Source: Eledone cirrhosa (lineage: Eukaryota). From it: a stretch of DNA of 64,000 bases. Numbering within the stretch: position 1 is the stretch's first letter; each line of letters opens with the position of its first letter. Location of the stretch: NCBI GenBank assembly GCA_964016885.1, contig OZ024752.1, positions 18,724,001 through 18,788,000 of the forward strand. Reading direction: 5' to 3'. The translations under genes were made by a program, and so were the position numbers. Positions 10,893-25,499 of this stretch are shown one piece after another. The notes beneath the pieces were generated by a model. It saw only the letters and a list, made by a program, of their open reading frames with translations, did no database searches and was not told the DNA's origin.

Positions 10893-13800
10893 ATAAAAAG
10901 TGGACAGCCCACACAGTAAATAGTCATGTAGGTGTTATAATAAAAAGTGGATAGCCCACACAGTAAAGTAGTCATGTAGGTGTTATAATAAAAAGTGGAT
11001 AGCCCACACAGTAAAGTAGTCATGTAGGTGTTATAATAAAAAGTGGATAGCCCACACTGTAAAGTAGTCATGTAGGTGTTATAATAAAAAGTGGATAGCC
11101 CACACAGTAAAGTAGTCATGTAGTGTTATAATAAAAAGTGGATAGCCCACACAGTAAAGTAGTCATGTAGGTGTTATAATAAAAAGTGGATAGCCCACAC
11201 AGTAAAGTAGTCATGTAGGTGTTATAATAAAAAGTGGACAGCCCACACAGTAAAGTAGTCATGTAGATGTTATAATAAAAAGTGGACAGCCCATACTGTA
11301 AAGTGGTTATGTAGGTGTTATAATAAAAAGTGGACAGCCCACACTGTAAAGTGGTCATGTAGGTGTTATAATAAAAAGTGGACAGTCCACACTGTAAAGT
11401 GGTTATGTAGGTGTTATAATAAAAAGTGGACAGTCCACACTGTAAAGTAGTCGTGTAGGTGTTATAATAAAAAGTGCACAGCCCACACTGTAAAGTGGTC
11501 ATGTAGGTGTTATAATAAAAAGTGGACAGCCCACACTGTAAAGTAGTCATGTAGGTGTTATAATAAAAAGTGGATAGCCCACACTGTAAAGTGGTTGTGT
11601 AGGTGTTATAATAAAAAGTGGACAGCCCACACTGTAAAGTGGTTGTGTAGGTGTTATAATAAAAAGTGTACAGTCCACACTGTAAAGTAGTCATGTAGGT
11701 GTTATAATAAAAAGTCGACAGCCCATACTGTAAAGTGGTCATGTAGGTGTTATAATAAAAAGTGGACAGCCCACACTATATAGTGGTTGTGTAGGTGTTA
11801 TAATAAAAAGTGTACAGTCCACACTGTAAAGTAGTCATGTAGGTGTTATAATAAAAAGTGGATAGCCCACACTGTAAAGTGGTTGTGTAGGTGTTATAAT
11901 AAAAAGTGGACAGCCCACACTGTAAAGTGGTTGTGTAGGTGTTATAATAAAAAGTGGACAGCCCACACTGTAAAGTAGTCATGTAGGTGTTATAATAAAA
12001 AGTGGACAGCCCACAGAGTAAAGTAGTCATGTAGGTGTTATAATAAAAAGTGGATAGCCCATACTGTAAAGTGGTCATGTAGGTGTTATAATAAAAAGTG
12101 GACAGCCCACACTGTAAAGTGGTCATGTAGGTGTTATAATAAAAAGTCGACAGCCCACACTGTAAAGTAGTCATGTAGGTGTTATAATAAAAAGTGGACA
12201 GCCCACACTGTAAAGTAGTCATGTAGGTGTTATAATAAAAAGTGGACAGCCCACAGTGTAAAGTGGTCATGTAGGTGTTATAATAAAAAGTGGACAGCCC
12301 ACACTGTAAAGTGTTTATGTAGGTTTTATAATTAAAAGTGGACAGTCCACACTGTAAAGTGGTCATGTAGGTGTTATAATAAAAAGTGGACAGCCCACAC
12401 TGTAAAGTAGTCATGTAGGTGTTATAATAAAAAGTGGACAGCCCACACAGTAAAGTAGTCATGTAGGTGTTATAATAAAAAGTGGACAGCCCACACTGTA
12501 AAGTGGTTGTGTAGGTGTTATAATAAAAAGTGGACAGCCCACACTGTAATGTGGTTGTGTAGGTGTTATAATAAAAAGTGGACAGTCCACACTGTAAAAT
12601 AGTCATGTAGGTGTTATAATAAAAAGTGGACAGCCCACATTGTAAAGTGGTTGTGTAGGTGTTATAATAAAAAGTGGAAAGCCCACACTGTAAAGTGGTT
12701 GTGTAGGTGTTATAATAAAAAGTGGACAGCCCACACAGTAAAGTAGTCATGTAGGTGTTATAATAAAAAGTGGACAGCCCACACAGTAAAGTAGTCATGT
12801 AGGTGTTATAATAAAAAGTGGATAGCCCACACCGTAAAGTGGTCCTGTAGGTGTTATAATAAAAAGTGGACAGTCCACACTGTAAAGTAGTCATGTAGGT
12901 GTTATAATAAAAAGTGGACAGCCCACACTGTAAAGTGGTTATGTAGGTGTTATAATAAAAAGTGGACAGTCCACACTGTAAAATAGTCATGTAGGTGTTA
13001 TAATAAAAAGTGGACAGCCCACACAGTAAAGTAGTCATGTAGGTGTTATAATAAAAAGTGGACAGCCCACACTGTAAAGTGGTCATGTAGGTGTTATAAT
13101 AAAAAGTGTACAGTCCACACTGTAAAGTGGTCATGTAGGTGTTATAATAAAAAGTGGACAGCCCACAAAGTAAAGTGGTTGTGTAGGTGTTATAATAAAA
13201 AGTGGACAGCCCACACAGTAAAGTAGTCATGTAGGTGTTATAATAAAAAGTGGACAGCCCACACAGTAAAGTAGTCATGTAGGTGTTATAATAAAAAGTG
13301 GATAGCCCACACAGTAAAGTAGTCATGTAGGTGTTATAATAAAAAGTGGACAGCCCACACAGTAAAGTAGTCATGTAGGTGTTATAATAAAAAGTGGACA
13401 GCCCATACTGTAAAGTGGTTATGTAGGTGTTATAATAAAAAGTGGACAGTCCACACTGTAAAGTGGTCATGTAGGTGTTATAATAAAAAGTGGATAGCCC
13501 ACACAGTAAAGTAGTCATGTAGGTGTTATAATAAAAAGTGGACAGCCCACACAGTAAAGTAGTCATGTAGGTGTTATAATAAAAAGTGGACAGCCCACAC
13601 AGTAAAGTAGTCATGTAGGTGTTATAATAAAAAGTGGACAGCCCACACAGTAAAGTAGTCATGTAGGTGTTATAATAAAAAGTGGATAGCCCACACAGTA
13701 AAGTAGTCATGTAGGTGTTATAATAAAAAGTGGACAGCCCACACAGTAAAGTAGTCATGTAGGTGTTATAATAAAAAGTGGATAGCCCACACAGTAAAGT

Positions 13801-16800
13801 AGTCATGTAGGTGTTATAATAAAAAGTGGATAGCCCACACAGTAAAGTAGTCATGTAGGTGGTATAATAAAAAGTGGATAGCCCACACAGTAAAGTAGTC
13901 ATGTAGGTGTTATAATAAAAAGTGGACAGCCCACACTGTAAAGTGGTCATGTAGGTGTTATAATAAAAAGTGGATAGCCCACACTGTAAAGTAGTCATGT
14001 AGGTGTTATAATAAAAAGTGGATAGCCCACACAGTAAAGTAGTCATGTAGGTGTTATAATAAAAAGTGGATAGCCCACACAGTAAAGTAGTTATGTAGGT
14101 GTTATAATAAAAAGTGGACAGCCCACACAGTAAAGTAGTCATGTAGGTGTTATAATAAAAAGTGGACAGCCCACACAGTAAATAGTCATGTAGGTGTTAT
14201 AATAAAAAGTGGATAGCCCACACAGTAAAGTAGTCATGTAGGTGTTATAATAAAAAGTGGATAGCCCACACAGTAAAGTAGTCATGTAGGTGTTATAATA
14301 AAAAGTGGATAGCCCACACTGTAAAGTAGTCATGTAGGTGTTATAATAAAAAGTGGATAGCCCACACAGTAAAGTAGTCATGTAGGTGTTATAATAAAAA
14401 GTGGATAGCCCACACAGTAAAGTAGTCATGTAGGTGTTATAATAAAAAGTGGATAGCCCACACAGTAAAGTAGTCATGTAGGTGTTATAATAAAAAGTGG
14501 ACAGCCCACACAGTAAAGTAGTCATGTAGGTGTTATAATAAAAAGTGGACAGCCCATACTGTAAAGTGGTTATGTAGGTGTTATAATAAAAAGTGGACAG
14601 CCCACACAGTAAAGTGGTTGTGTAGGTCTTATAATAAAAAGTGGACAGCCCACACAGTAAAGTAGTCATGTAGGTGTTATAATAAAAAGTGGACAGCCCA
14701 CACAGTAAAGTAGTCATGTAGGTGTTATAATAAAAAGTGGATAGCCCACACAGTAAAGTAGTCATGTAGGTGTTATAATAAAAAGTGGACAGCCCACACA
14801 GTAAAGTAGTCATGTAGGTCTTATAATAAAAAGTGGACAGCCCATACTGTAAAGTGGTTATGTAGGTGTTATAATAAAAAGTGGACAGCCCACACTGTAA
14901 AGTGGTCATGTAGGTGTTATAATAAAAAGTGGACAGTCCACATTGTAAAGTGGTTATGTAGGTGTTATAATAAAAAGTGGACAGTCCACACTGTAAAGTA
15001 GTCGTGTAGGTGTTATAATAAAATGTGGACAGCCCACACTGTAAAGTGGTCATGTAGGTGTTATAATAAAAAGTGGACAGCCCACACTGTAAAGTAGTCA
15101 TGTAGGTGTTATAATAAAAAGTGGACAGTGCACACTGTAAAGTAGTCATGTAGGTGTTATAATAAAAAGTGGACAGCCCATACTGTAAAGTGGTTATGTA
15201 GGTGTTATAATAAAAAGTGGACAGTCCACACTGTAAAATAGTCATGTAGGTGTTATAATAAAAAGTGGACAGCCCACACAGTAAAGTGGTTGTGTAGGTG
15301 TTATAATAAAAAGTGGACAGCCCACACTGTAAAGTGGTTGTGTAGGTGTTATAATAAAAAGTGGACAGCCCACACTGTAAAGTGGTTGTGTAGGTGTTAT
15401 AATAAAAAGTGGACAGTCCACACAGTAAAGTGGTCATGTAGGTGTTATAATAAAAAGTGGACAGCCCACATAGTAAAGTGGTTGTCTAGGTGTTATAATA
15501 AAAAGTGGACAGCCCACACAGTAAAGTAGTCATGTAGGTGTTATAATAAAAAGTGGCCAGCCCACACTGTAAAGTAGTCATGTAGGTGTTATAATAAAAA
15601 GTGGACAGCCCACACTGTAAAGTGGTTGTGTAGGTGTTATAATAAAAAGTGGACAGCCCACACTGTAAAGTAGTCATGTAGGTGTTATAATAAAAAGTGG
15701 CCAGCCCACACTCTAAAGTAGTCATGTAGGTGTTATAATAAAAAGTGGACAGCCCACACTGTAAAGTGGTTGTGTAGGTGTTATAATAAAAAGTGGATAG
15801 CCCACACTCTAAAGTAGTCATGTAGGTGTTATAATAAAAAGTGGACAGCCCACACAGTAAAGTAGTCATGTAGGTGTTATAATAAAAAGTGGATAGCCCA
15901 CACTGTAAAGTAGTCATGTAGGTGTTATAATAAAAAGTGGATAGCCCACACTGTAAAGTAGTCATGTAGGTGTTATAATAAAAAGTGGATAGCCCACACT
16001 GTAAAGTAGTCATGTAGGTGTTATAATAAAAAGTGGACAGCTCACACTGTAAAGTAGTCATGTAGGTGTTATAATAAAACGTGGACAGCCCACACTGTAA
16101 AGTAGTCATGTAGGTGTTATAATAAAAAGTGGACAGCCCACACTGTAAAGTGGTCATGTAGGTGTTATAATAAAATGTGGACAGCCCACACTGTAAAGTG
16201 GTCATGTAGGTGTTATAATAAAAAGTGGACAGCCCACATTGTAAAGTAGTCATGTAGGCGTTATAATAAAAAGTGGACAGCCCACACAGTAAAGTAGTCA
16301 TGTAGGTGTTATAATAAAAAGTGGACAGCCCACACAGTAAAGTAGTCATGTAGGTGTTATAATAAAAAGTGGACAGCCCACACAGTAAATAGTCATGTAG
16401 GTGTTATAATAAAAAGTGGATAGCCCACACAGTAAAGTAGTCATGTAGGTGTTATAATAAAAAGTGGATAGCCCACACAGTAAAGTAGTCATGTAGGTGT
16501 TATAATCAAAAGTGGATAGCCCACACTGTAAAGTAGTCATGTAGGTGTTATAATAAAAAGTGGATAGCCCACACAGTAAAGTAGTCATGTAGGTGTTATA
16601 ATAAAAAGTGGATAGCCCACACAGTAAAGTAGTCATGTAGGTGTTATAATAAAAAGTGGACAGCCCACACAGTAAAGTAGTCATGTAGGTGTTATAATAA
16701 AAAGTGGACAGCCCATACTGTAAAGTGGTTATGTAGGTGTTATAATAAAAAGTGGACAGCCCACACTGTAAAGTGGTCATGTAGGTGTTATAATAAAAAG

Positions 16801-19623
16801 TGGACAGTCCACACTGTAAAGTGGTTATGTAGGTGTTATAATAAAAAGTGGACAGTCCACACTGTAAAGTAGTCGTGTAGGTGTTATAATAAAAAGTGGA
16901 CAGCCCACACTGTAAAGTGGTCATGTAGGTGTTATAATAAAAAGTGGACAGCCCACTCTGTAAAGTAGTCATGTAGGTGTTATAATAAAAAGTGGATAGC
17001 CCACACTGTAAAGTGGTTGTGTAGGTGTTATAATAAAAAGTGGACAGCCCACACTGTAAAGTGGTTGTGTAGGTGTTATAATAAAAAGTGGACAGTCCAC
17101 ACTGTAAAGTAGTCATGTAGGTGTTATAATAAAAAGTCGACAGCCCATACTGTAAAGTGGTCATGTAGGTGTTATAATAAAAAGTGGACAGCCCACACTA
17201 TAAAGTGGTTGTGTAGGTGTTATAATAAAAAGTGTACAGTCCACACTGTAAAGTAGTCATGTAGGTGTTATAATAAAAAGTAGATAGCCCACACTGTAAA
17301 GTGGTTGTGTAGGTGTTATAATAAAAAGTGGACAGCCCACACTGTAAAGTGGTTGTGTAGGTGTTATAATAAAAAGTGGACAGCCCACACTGTAAAGTAG
17401 CCATGTAGGTGTTATAATAAAAAGTGGACAGCCCACAGAGTAAAGTAGTCATGTAGGTGTTATAATAAAAAGTGGATAGCCCATACTGTAAAGTGGTCAT
17501 GTAGGGGTTATAATAAAAAGTGGACAGCCCACACTGTAAAGTGGTTGTGTAGGTGTTATAATAAAAAGTGGACAGTCCACACTGTAAAGTAGTCATGTAG
17601 GTGTTATAATAAAAAGTCGACAGCCCACACTGTAAAGTAGTCATGTAGGTGTTATAATAAAAAGTGGACAGCCCACACTGTAAAGTAGTCATGTAGATGT
17701 TATAATAAAAAGTGGACAGCCCACAGTGTAAAGTGGTCATGTAGGTGTTATAATAAAAAGTGGACAGCCCACACTGTAAAGTGTTTATGTAGGTTTTATA
17801 ATAAAAAGTGGACAGTCCACACTGTAAAGTGGTCATGTAGGTGTTATAATAAAAAGTGGACAGCCCACACTGTAAAGTAGTCATGTAGGTGTTATAATAA
17901 AAAGTGGACAGCCCACACAGTAAAGTGGTTGTGTAGGTGTTATAATAAAAAGTGGACAGCCCACACAGTAAATTAGTCATGTAGGTGTTATAATAAAAAG
18001 TGGACAGCCCACACAGTAAAGTAGTCATGTAGGTGTTATAATAAAAAGTGGACAGTCCACACTGTAAAATAGTCATGTAGGTGTTATAATAAAAAGTGGA
18101 CAGCCCACATTGTAAAGTGGTTGTGTAGGTGTTATAATAAAAAGTGGAAAGCCCACACTGTAAAGTGGTTGTGTAGGTGTTATAATAAAAAGTGGACAGC
18201 CCACACATAAAGTAGTCATGTAGGTGTTATAATAAAAAGTGGACAGCCCACACAGTAAAGTAGTCATGTAGGTGTTATAATAAAAAGTGGATAGCCCACA
18301 CCGTAAAGTGGTCCTGTAGGTGTTATAATAAAAAGTGGACAGTCCACACTGTAAAGTAGTCATGTAGGTGTTATAATAAAAAGTGGACAGCCCACACTGT
18401 AAAGTGGTTATGTAGGTGTTATAATAAAAAGTGGACAGTCCACACTGTAAAATAGTCATGTAGGTGTTATAATAAAAAGTGGACAGCCCACACAGTAAAG
18501 TAGTCATGTAGGTGTTATAATAAAAAGTGGACAGCCCACACTGTAAAGTGGTCATGTAGGTGTTATAATAAAAAGTGTACAGTCCACACTGTAAAGTGGT
18601 CATGTAGGTGTTATAATAAAAAGTGGACAGCCCACACAGTAAAGTGGTTGTGTAGGTGTTATAATAAAAAGTGGACAGCCCACACAGTAAAGTAGTCATG
18701 TAGGTGTTATAATAAAAAGTGGACAGCCCACACAGTAAAGTAGTCATGTAGGTGTTATAATAAAAAGTGGATAGCCCACACAGTAAAGTAGTCATGTAGG
18801 TGTTATAATAAAAAGTGGACAGCCCACACAGTAAAGTAGTCATGTAGGTGTTATAATAAAAAGTGGACAGCCCATACTGTAAAGTGGTTATGTAGGTGTT
18901 ATAATAAAAAGTGGACAGTCCACACTGTAAAGTGGTCATGTAGGTGTTATAATAAAAATTGGACAGCCCACACAGTAAAGTAGTCATGTAGGTGTTATAA
19001 TAAAAAGTGGACAGCCCACACAGTAAAGTAGTCATGTAGGTGTTATAATAAAAAGTGGACAGCCCACACAGTAAAGTAGTCATGTAGGTGTTATAATAAA
19101 AAGTGGACAGCCCACACAGTAAAGTAGTCATGTAGGTGTTATAATAAAAAGTGGATAGCCCACACAGTAAAGTAGTCATGTAGGTGTTATAATAAAAAGT
19201 GGACAGCCCACACAGTAAAGTAGTCATGTAGGTGTTATAATAAAAAGTGGATAGCCCACACAGTAAAGTAGTCATGTAGGTGTTATAATAAAAAGTGGAT
19301 AGCCCACACAGTAAAGTAGTCATGTAGGTGTTATAATAAAAAGTGGATAGCCCACACAGTAAAGTAGTCATGTAGGTGTTATAATAAAAAGTGGACAGCC
19401 CACACTGTAAAGTGGTCATGTAGGTGTTATAATAAAAAGTGGATAGCCCACACTGTAAAGTAGTCATGTAGGTGTTATAATAAAAAGTGGATAGCCCACA
19501 CGGTAAAGTAGTCATGTAGGTGTTATAATAAAAAGTGGATAGCCCACACAGTAAAGTAGTTATGTAGGTGTTATAATAAAAAGTGGACAGCCCACACAGT
19601 AAAGTAGTCATGTAGGTGTTATA
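10893..19623. repeat. Two related 68-monomer (3262-bp) blocks at 10893-14154 and 16362-19623, with further partial copies near 8.5-10.9 kb and 23.3-25 kb
   Basis: Both blocks begin with the same 47-bp deletion monomer (CAGTAAATAGTC). They share CACCGTAAAGTGGTCCTG (12833/18302; also 9619 and a variant at 23821), GTGTTTATGTAGGTTTT, GGAAAG and the CTATA variant. A few internal monomers differ. Confidence 0.8.
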
Positions 19624-20534
19624 ATAAAAAGTGGACAGCCCACACAGTAAATAGTCATGTAGGTGTTATAATAAAAAGTGGATAGCCCACACAGTAAAGT
19701 AGTCATGTAGGTGTTATAATAAAAAGTGGATAGCCCACACAGTAAAGTAGTCATGTAGGTGTTATAATAAAAAGTGGATAGCCCACACAGTAAAGTAGTC
19801 ATGTAGGTGTTATAATAAAAAGTGGACAGCCCACACAGTAAAGTAGTCATGTAGGTGTTATAATAAAAAGTGGACAGCCCATACTGTAAAGTGGTTATGT
19901 AGGTGTTATAATAAAAAGTGGACAGCCCACACTGTAAAGTGGTCATGTAGGTGTTATAATAAAAAGTGGACAGTCCACACTGTAAAGTGGTTATGTAGGT
20001 GTTATAATAAAAAGTGGACAGTCCACACTGTAAAGTAGTCGTGTAGGTGTTATAATAAAAAGTGGACAGCCCACACTGTAAAGTGGTCATGTAGGTGTTA
20101 TAATAAAAAGTGGACAGCCCACACTGTAAAGTGGTTATGTAGGTGTTATAATAAAAAGTGGACAGCCCACACAGTAAAGTGGTTGTGTAGGTCTTATAAT
20201 AAAAAGTGGACAGCCCACACAGTAAAGTAGTCATGTAGGTGTTATAATAAAAAGTGGACAGCCCACACAGTAAAGTAGTCATGTAGGTGTTATAATAAAA
20301 AGTGGATAGCCCACACAGTAAAGTAGTCATGTAGGTGTTATAATAAAAAGTGGACAGCCCACACAGTAAAGTAGTCATGTAGGTCTTATAATAAAAAGTG
20401 GACAGCCCATACTGTAAAGTGGTTATGTAGGTGTTATAATAAAATGTGGACAGCCCACACTGTAAAGTGGTCATGTAGGTGTTATAATAAAAAGTGGACA
20501 GTCCACACTGTAAAGTGGTTATGTAGGTGTTATA

Positions 20535-22166
20535 ATAAAAAGTGGACAGTCCACACTGTAAAGTAGTCGTGTAGGTGTTATAATAAAATGTGGACAGCCC
20601 ACACTGTAAAGTGGTCATGTAGGTGTTATAATAAAAAGTGGACAGCCCACACTGTAAAGTAGTCATGTAGGTGTTATAATAAAAAGTGGACAGTGCACAC
20701 TGTAAAGTAGTCATGTAGGTGTTATAATAAAAAGTGGACAGCCCATACTGTAAAGTGGTTATGTAGGTGTTATAATAAAAAGTGGACAGTCCACACTGTA
20801 AAATAGTCATGTAGGTGTTATAATAAAAAGTGGACAGCCCACACAGTAAAGTGGTTGTGTAGGTGTTATAATAAAAAGTGGACAGCCCACACTGTAAAGT
20901 GGTTGTGTAGGTGTTATAATAAAAAGTGGACAGCCCACACTGTAAAGTGGTTGTGTAGGTGTTATAATAAAAAGTGGACAGTCCACACAGTAAAGTGGTC
21001 ATGTAGGTGTTATAATAAAAAGTGGACAGCCCACATAGTAAAGTGGTTGTGTAGGTGTTATAATAAAAAGTGGACAGCCCACACAGTAAAGTAGTCATGT
21101 AGGTGTTATAATAAAAAGTGGCCAGCCCACACTGTAAAGTAGTCATGTAGGTGTTATAATAAAAAGTGGACAGCCCACACTGTAAAGTGGTTGTGTAGGT
21201 GTTATAATAAAAAGTGGACAGCCCACACTGTAAAGTAGTCATGTAGGTGTTATAATAAAAAGTGGCCAGCCCACACTGTAAAGTAGTCATGTAGGTGTTA
21301 TAATAAAAAGTGGACAGTCCACACTGTAAAGTGGTTGTGTAGGTGTTATAATAAAAAGTGGACAGTCCACACTGTAAAGTAGTCGTGTAGGTGTTATAAT
21401 AAAATGTGGACAGCCCACACTGTAAAGTGGTCATGTAGGTGTTATAATAAAAAGTGGACAGCCCACACTGTGAAGTAGTCATGTAGGTGTTATAATAAAA
21501 AGTGGACAGTGCACACTGTAAAGTAGTCATGTAGGTGTTATAATAAAAAGTGGACAGCCCATACTGTAAAGTGGTTATGTAGGTGTTATAATAAAAAGTG
21601 GACAGTCCACACTGTAAAATAGTCATGTAGGTGTTATAATAAAAAGTGGACAGCCCACACAGTAAAGTGGTTGTGTAGGTGTTATAATAAAAAGTGGACA
21701 GCCCACACTGTAAAGTGGTTGTGTAGGTGTTATAATAAAAAGTGGACAGCCCACACTGTAAAGTGGTTGTGTAGGTGTTATAATAAAAAGTGGACAGTCC
21801 ACACAGTAAAGTGGTCATGTAGGTGTTATAATAAAAAGTGGACAGCCCACATAGTAAAGTGGTTGTGTAGGTGTTATAATAAAAAGTGGACAGCCCACAC
21901 AGTAAAGTAGTCATGTAGGTGTTATAATAAAAAGTGGCCAGCCCACACTGTAAAGTAGTCATGTAGGTGTTATAATAAAAAGTGGACAGCCCACACTGTA
22001 AAGTGGTTGTGTAGGTGTTATAATAAAAAGTGGACAGCCCACACTGTAAAGTAGTCATGTAGGTGTTATAATAAAAAGTGGCCAGCCCACACTGTAAAGT
22101 AGTCATGTAGGTGTTATAATAAAAAGTGGACAGCCCACACTGTAAAGTGGTTGTGTAGGTGTTATA
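20535..22166. repeat. Tandem duplication of a ~17-monomer (816-bp) block
   Basis: GTCGTG (20568/21384), CAGTGCAC and the identical + strand ORF signatures (20855/21671) recur at +816. Boundaries are approximate to about 1 monomer. Confidence 0.8.
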
Positions 22167-25100
22167 ATAAAAAGTGGATAGCCCACACTCTAAAGTAGTC
22201 ATGTAGGTGTTATAATAAAAAGTGGACAGCCCACACAGTAAAGTAGTCATGTAGGTGTTATAATAAAAAGTGGATAGCCCACACTGTAAAGTAGTCATGT
22301 AGGTGTTATAATAAAAAGTGGATAGCCCACACTGTAAAGTAGTCATGTAGGTGTTATAATAAAAAGTGGATAGCCCACACTGTAAAGTAGTCATGTAGGT
22401 GTTATAATAAAAAGTGGACAGCTCACACTGTAAAGTAGTCATGTAGGTGTTATAATAAAACGTGGTCAGCCCACACTGTAAAGTAGTCATGTAGGTGTTA
22501 TAATAAAAAGTGGACAGCCCACACTGTAAAGTGGTCATGTAGGTGTTATAATAAAATGTGGACAGCCCACACTGTAAAGTGGTCATGTAGGTGTTATAAT
22601 AAAAAGTGGACAGCCCACATTGTAAAGTAGTCATGTAGGCGTTATAATAAAAAGTGGACAGCCCACACAGTAAAGTAGTCATGTAGGTGTTATAATAAAA
22701 AGTGGACAGCCCACACTGTAAAGTAGTCATGTAGGCGTTATAATAAAAAGTGGACAGCCCACACAGTAAAGTAGTCATGTAGGTGTTATAATAAAAAGTG
22801 GACAGCCCACACAGTAAAGTAGTCATGTAGGTGTTATAATAAAAAGTGGACAGTCCACACAGTAAAGTAGTCATATAGGTGTTATAATAAAAAGTGGACA
22901 GCCCACACAGTAAAGTAGTCATGTAGGTGTTATAATAAAAAGTGGACAGCCCACACAGTAAAGTAGTCATGTAGGTGTTATAATAAAAAGTGGACAGCCC
23001 ACACAGTAAAGTAGTCATGTAGGTGTTATAATAAAAAGTGGACAGCCCACACAGTAAAGTAGTCATGTAGGTGTTATAATAAAAAGTGGACAGCCCACAC
23101 AGTAAAGTAGTCATGTAGGCGTTATAATAAAAAGTGGACAGCCCACACAGTAAAGTAGTCATGTAGGCGTTATAATAAAAAGTGGACAGCCCACACTGTA
23201 AAGTGGTTGTGTAGGTGTTATAATAAAAAGTGGACAGTCCACACTGTAAAGTAGTCATGTAGGTGTTATAATAAAAAGTCGACAGCCCACACTGTAAAGT
23301 GTTTATGTAGGTTTTATAATAAAAAGTGGACAGTCCACACTGTAAAGTGGTCATGTAGGTGTTATAATAAAAAGTGGACAGCCCACACTGTAAAGTAGTC
23401 ATGTAGGTGTTATAATAAAAAGTGGACAGCCCACACAGTAAAGTAGTCATGTAGGTGTTATAATAAAAAGTGGACAGCCCACACTGTAAAGTGGTTGTGT
23501 AGGTGTTATAATAAAAAGTGGACAGCCCACACTGTAATGTGGTTGTGTAGGTGTTATAATAAAAAGTGGACAGTCCACACTGTAAAATAGTCATGTAGGT
23601 GTTATAATAAAAAGTGGACAGCCCACATTGTAAAGTGGTTGTGTAGGTGTTATAATAAAAAGTGGAAAGCCCACACTGTAAAGTGGTTGTGTAGGTGTTA
23701 TAATAAAAAGTGGACAGCCCACACAGTAAAGTAGTCATGTAGGTGTTATAATAAAAAGTGGACAGCCCACACAGTAAAGTAGTCATGTAGGTGTTATAAT
23801 AAAAAGTGGATAGCCCACACCGTAAAGTGGTACTGTAGGCGTTATAATAAAAAGTGCACAGTCCACACTGTAAAGTAGTCATGTAGGTGTTATAATAAAA
23901 AGTGGACAGCCCACACAGTAAAGTGGTTGTGTAGGTGTTATAATAAAAAGTGGACAGCCCACACAGTAAAGTAGTCATGTAGGTGTTATAATAAAAAGTG
24001 GACAGCCCACACAGTAAAGTAGTCATGTAGGTGTTATAATAAAAAGTGGATAGCCCACACAGTAAAGTAGTCATGTAGGTGTTATAATAAAAAGTGGACA
24101 GCCCACACAGTAAAGTAGTCATGTAGGTGTTATAATAAAAAGTGGACAGCCCATACTGTAAAGTGGTTATGTAGGTATTATAATAAAAAGTGGACAGTCC
24201 ACACTGTAAAGTGGTCATGTAGGTGTTATAATAAAAAGTGGACAGCCCACACAGTAAAGTGGTTGTGTAGGTGTTATAATAAAAAGTGGACAGCCCACAC
24301 AGTAAAGTAGTCATGTAGGTGTTATAATAAAAAGTGGACAGCCCACACAGTAAAGTAGTCATGTAGGTGTTATAATAAAAAGTGGACAGCCCACACAGTA
24401 AAGTAGTCATGTAGGTGTTATAATAAAAAGTGGACAGCCCACACAGTAAAGTAGTCATGTAGGTGTTATAATAAAAAGTGGACAGCCCACACAGTAAAGT
24501 AGTCATGTAGGTGTTATAATAAAAAGTGGACAGCCCACACAGTAAAGTAGTCATGTAGGTGTTATAATAAAAAGTGGATAGCCCACACAGTAAAGTAGTC
24601 ATGTAGGTGTTATAATAAAAAGTGGACAGCCCACACAGTAAAGTAGTCATGTAGGTGTTATAATAAAAAGTGGATAGCCCACACAGTAAAGTAGTCATGT
24701 AGGTGTTATAATAAAAAGTGGACAGCCCACACTGTAAAGTGGTCATGTAGGTGTTATAATAAAAAGTGGATAGCCCACACTGTAAAGTAGTCATGTAGGT
24801 GTTATAATAAAAAGTGGATAGCCCACACAGTAAAGTAGTCATGTAGGTGTTATAATAAAAAGTGGATAGCCCACACAGTAAAGTAGTTATGTAGGTGTTA
24901 TAATAAAAAGTGGACAGCCCACACAGTAAAGTAGTCATGTAGGTGTTATAATAAAAAGTGGACAGCCCACACAGTAAATAGTCATGTAGGTGTTATAATA
25001 AAAAGTGGATAGCCCACACAGTAAAGTAGTCATCTAGGTGTTATAATAAAAAGTGGATAGCCCACACAGTAAAGTAGTCATGTAGGTGTTATAATAAAAA

Positions 25101-25499
25101 GTGGATAGCCCACACTGTAAAGTAGTCATGTAGGTGTTATAATAAAAAGTGGATAGCCCACACAGTAAAGTAGTCATGTAGGTGTTATAATAAAAAGTGG
25201 ATAGCCCACACAGTAAAGTAGTCATGTAGGTGTTATAATAAAAAGTGGATAGCCCACACAGTAAAGTAGTCATGTAGGTGTTATAATAAAAAGTGGACAG
25301 CCCACACAGTAAAGTAGTCATGTAGGTGTTATAATAAAAAGTGGACAGCCCATACTGTAAAGTGGTTATGTAGGTGTTATAATAAAAAGTGGACAGCCCA
25401 CACTGTAAAGTGGTCATGTAGGTGTTATAATAAAAAGTGGACAGTCCACACTGTAAAGTGGTTATGTAGGTGTTATAATAAAAAGTGGACAGTCCACAC

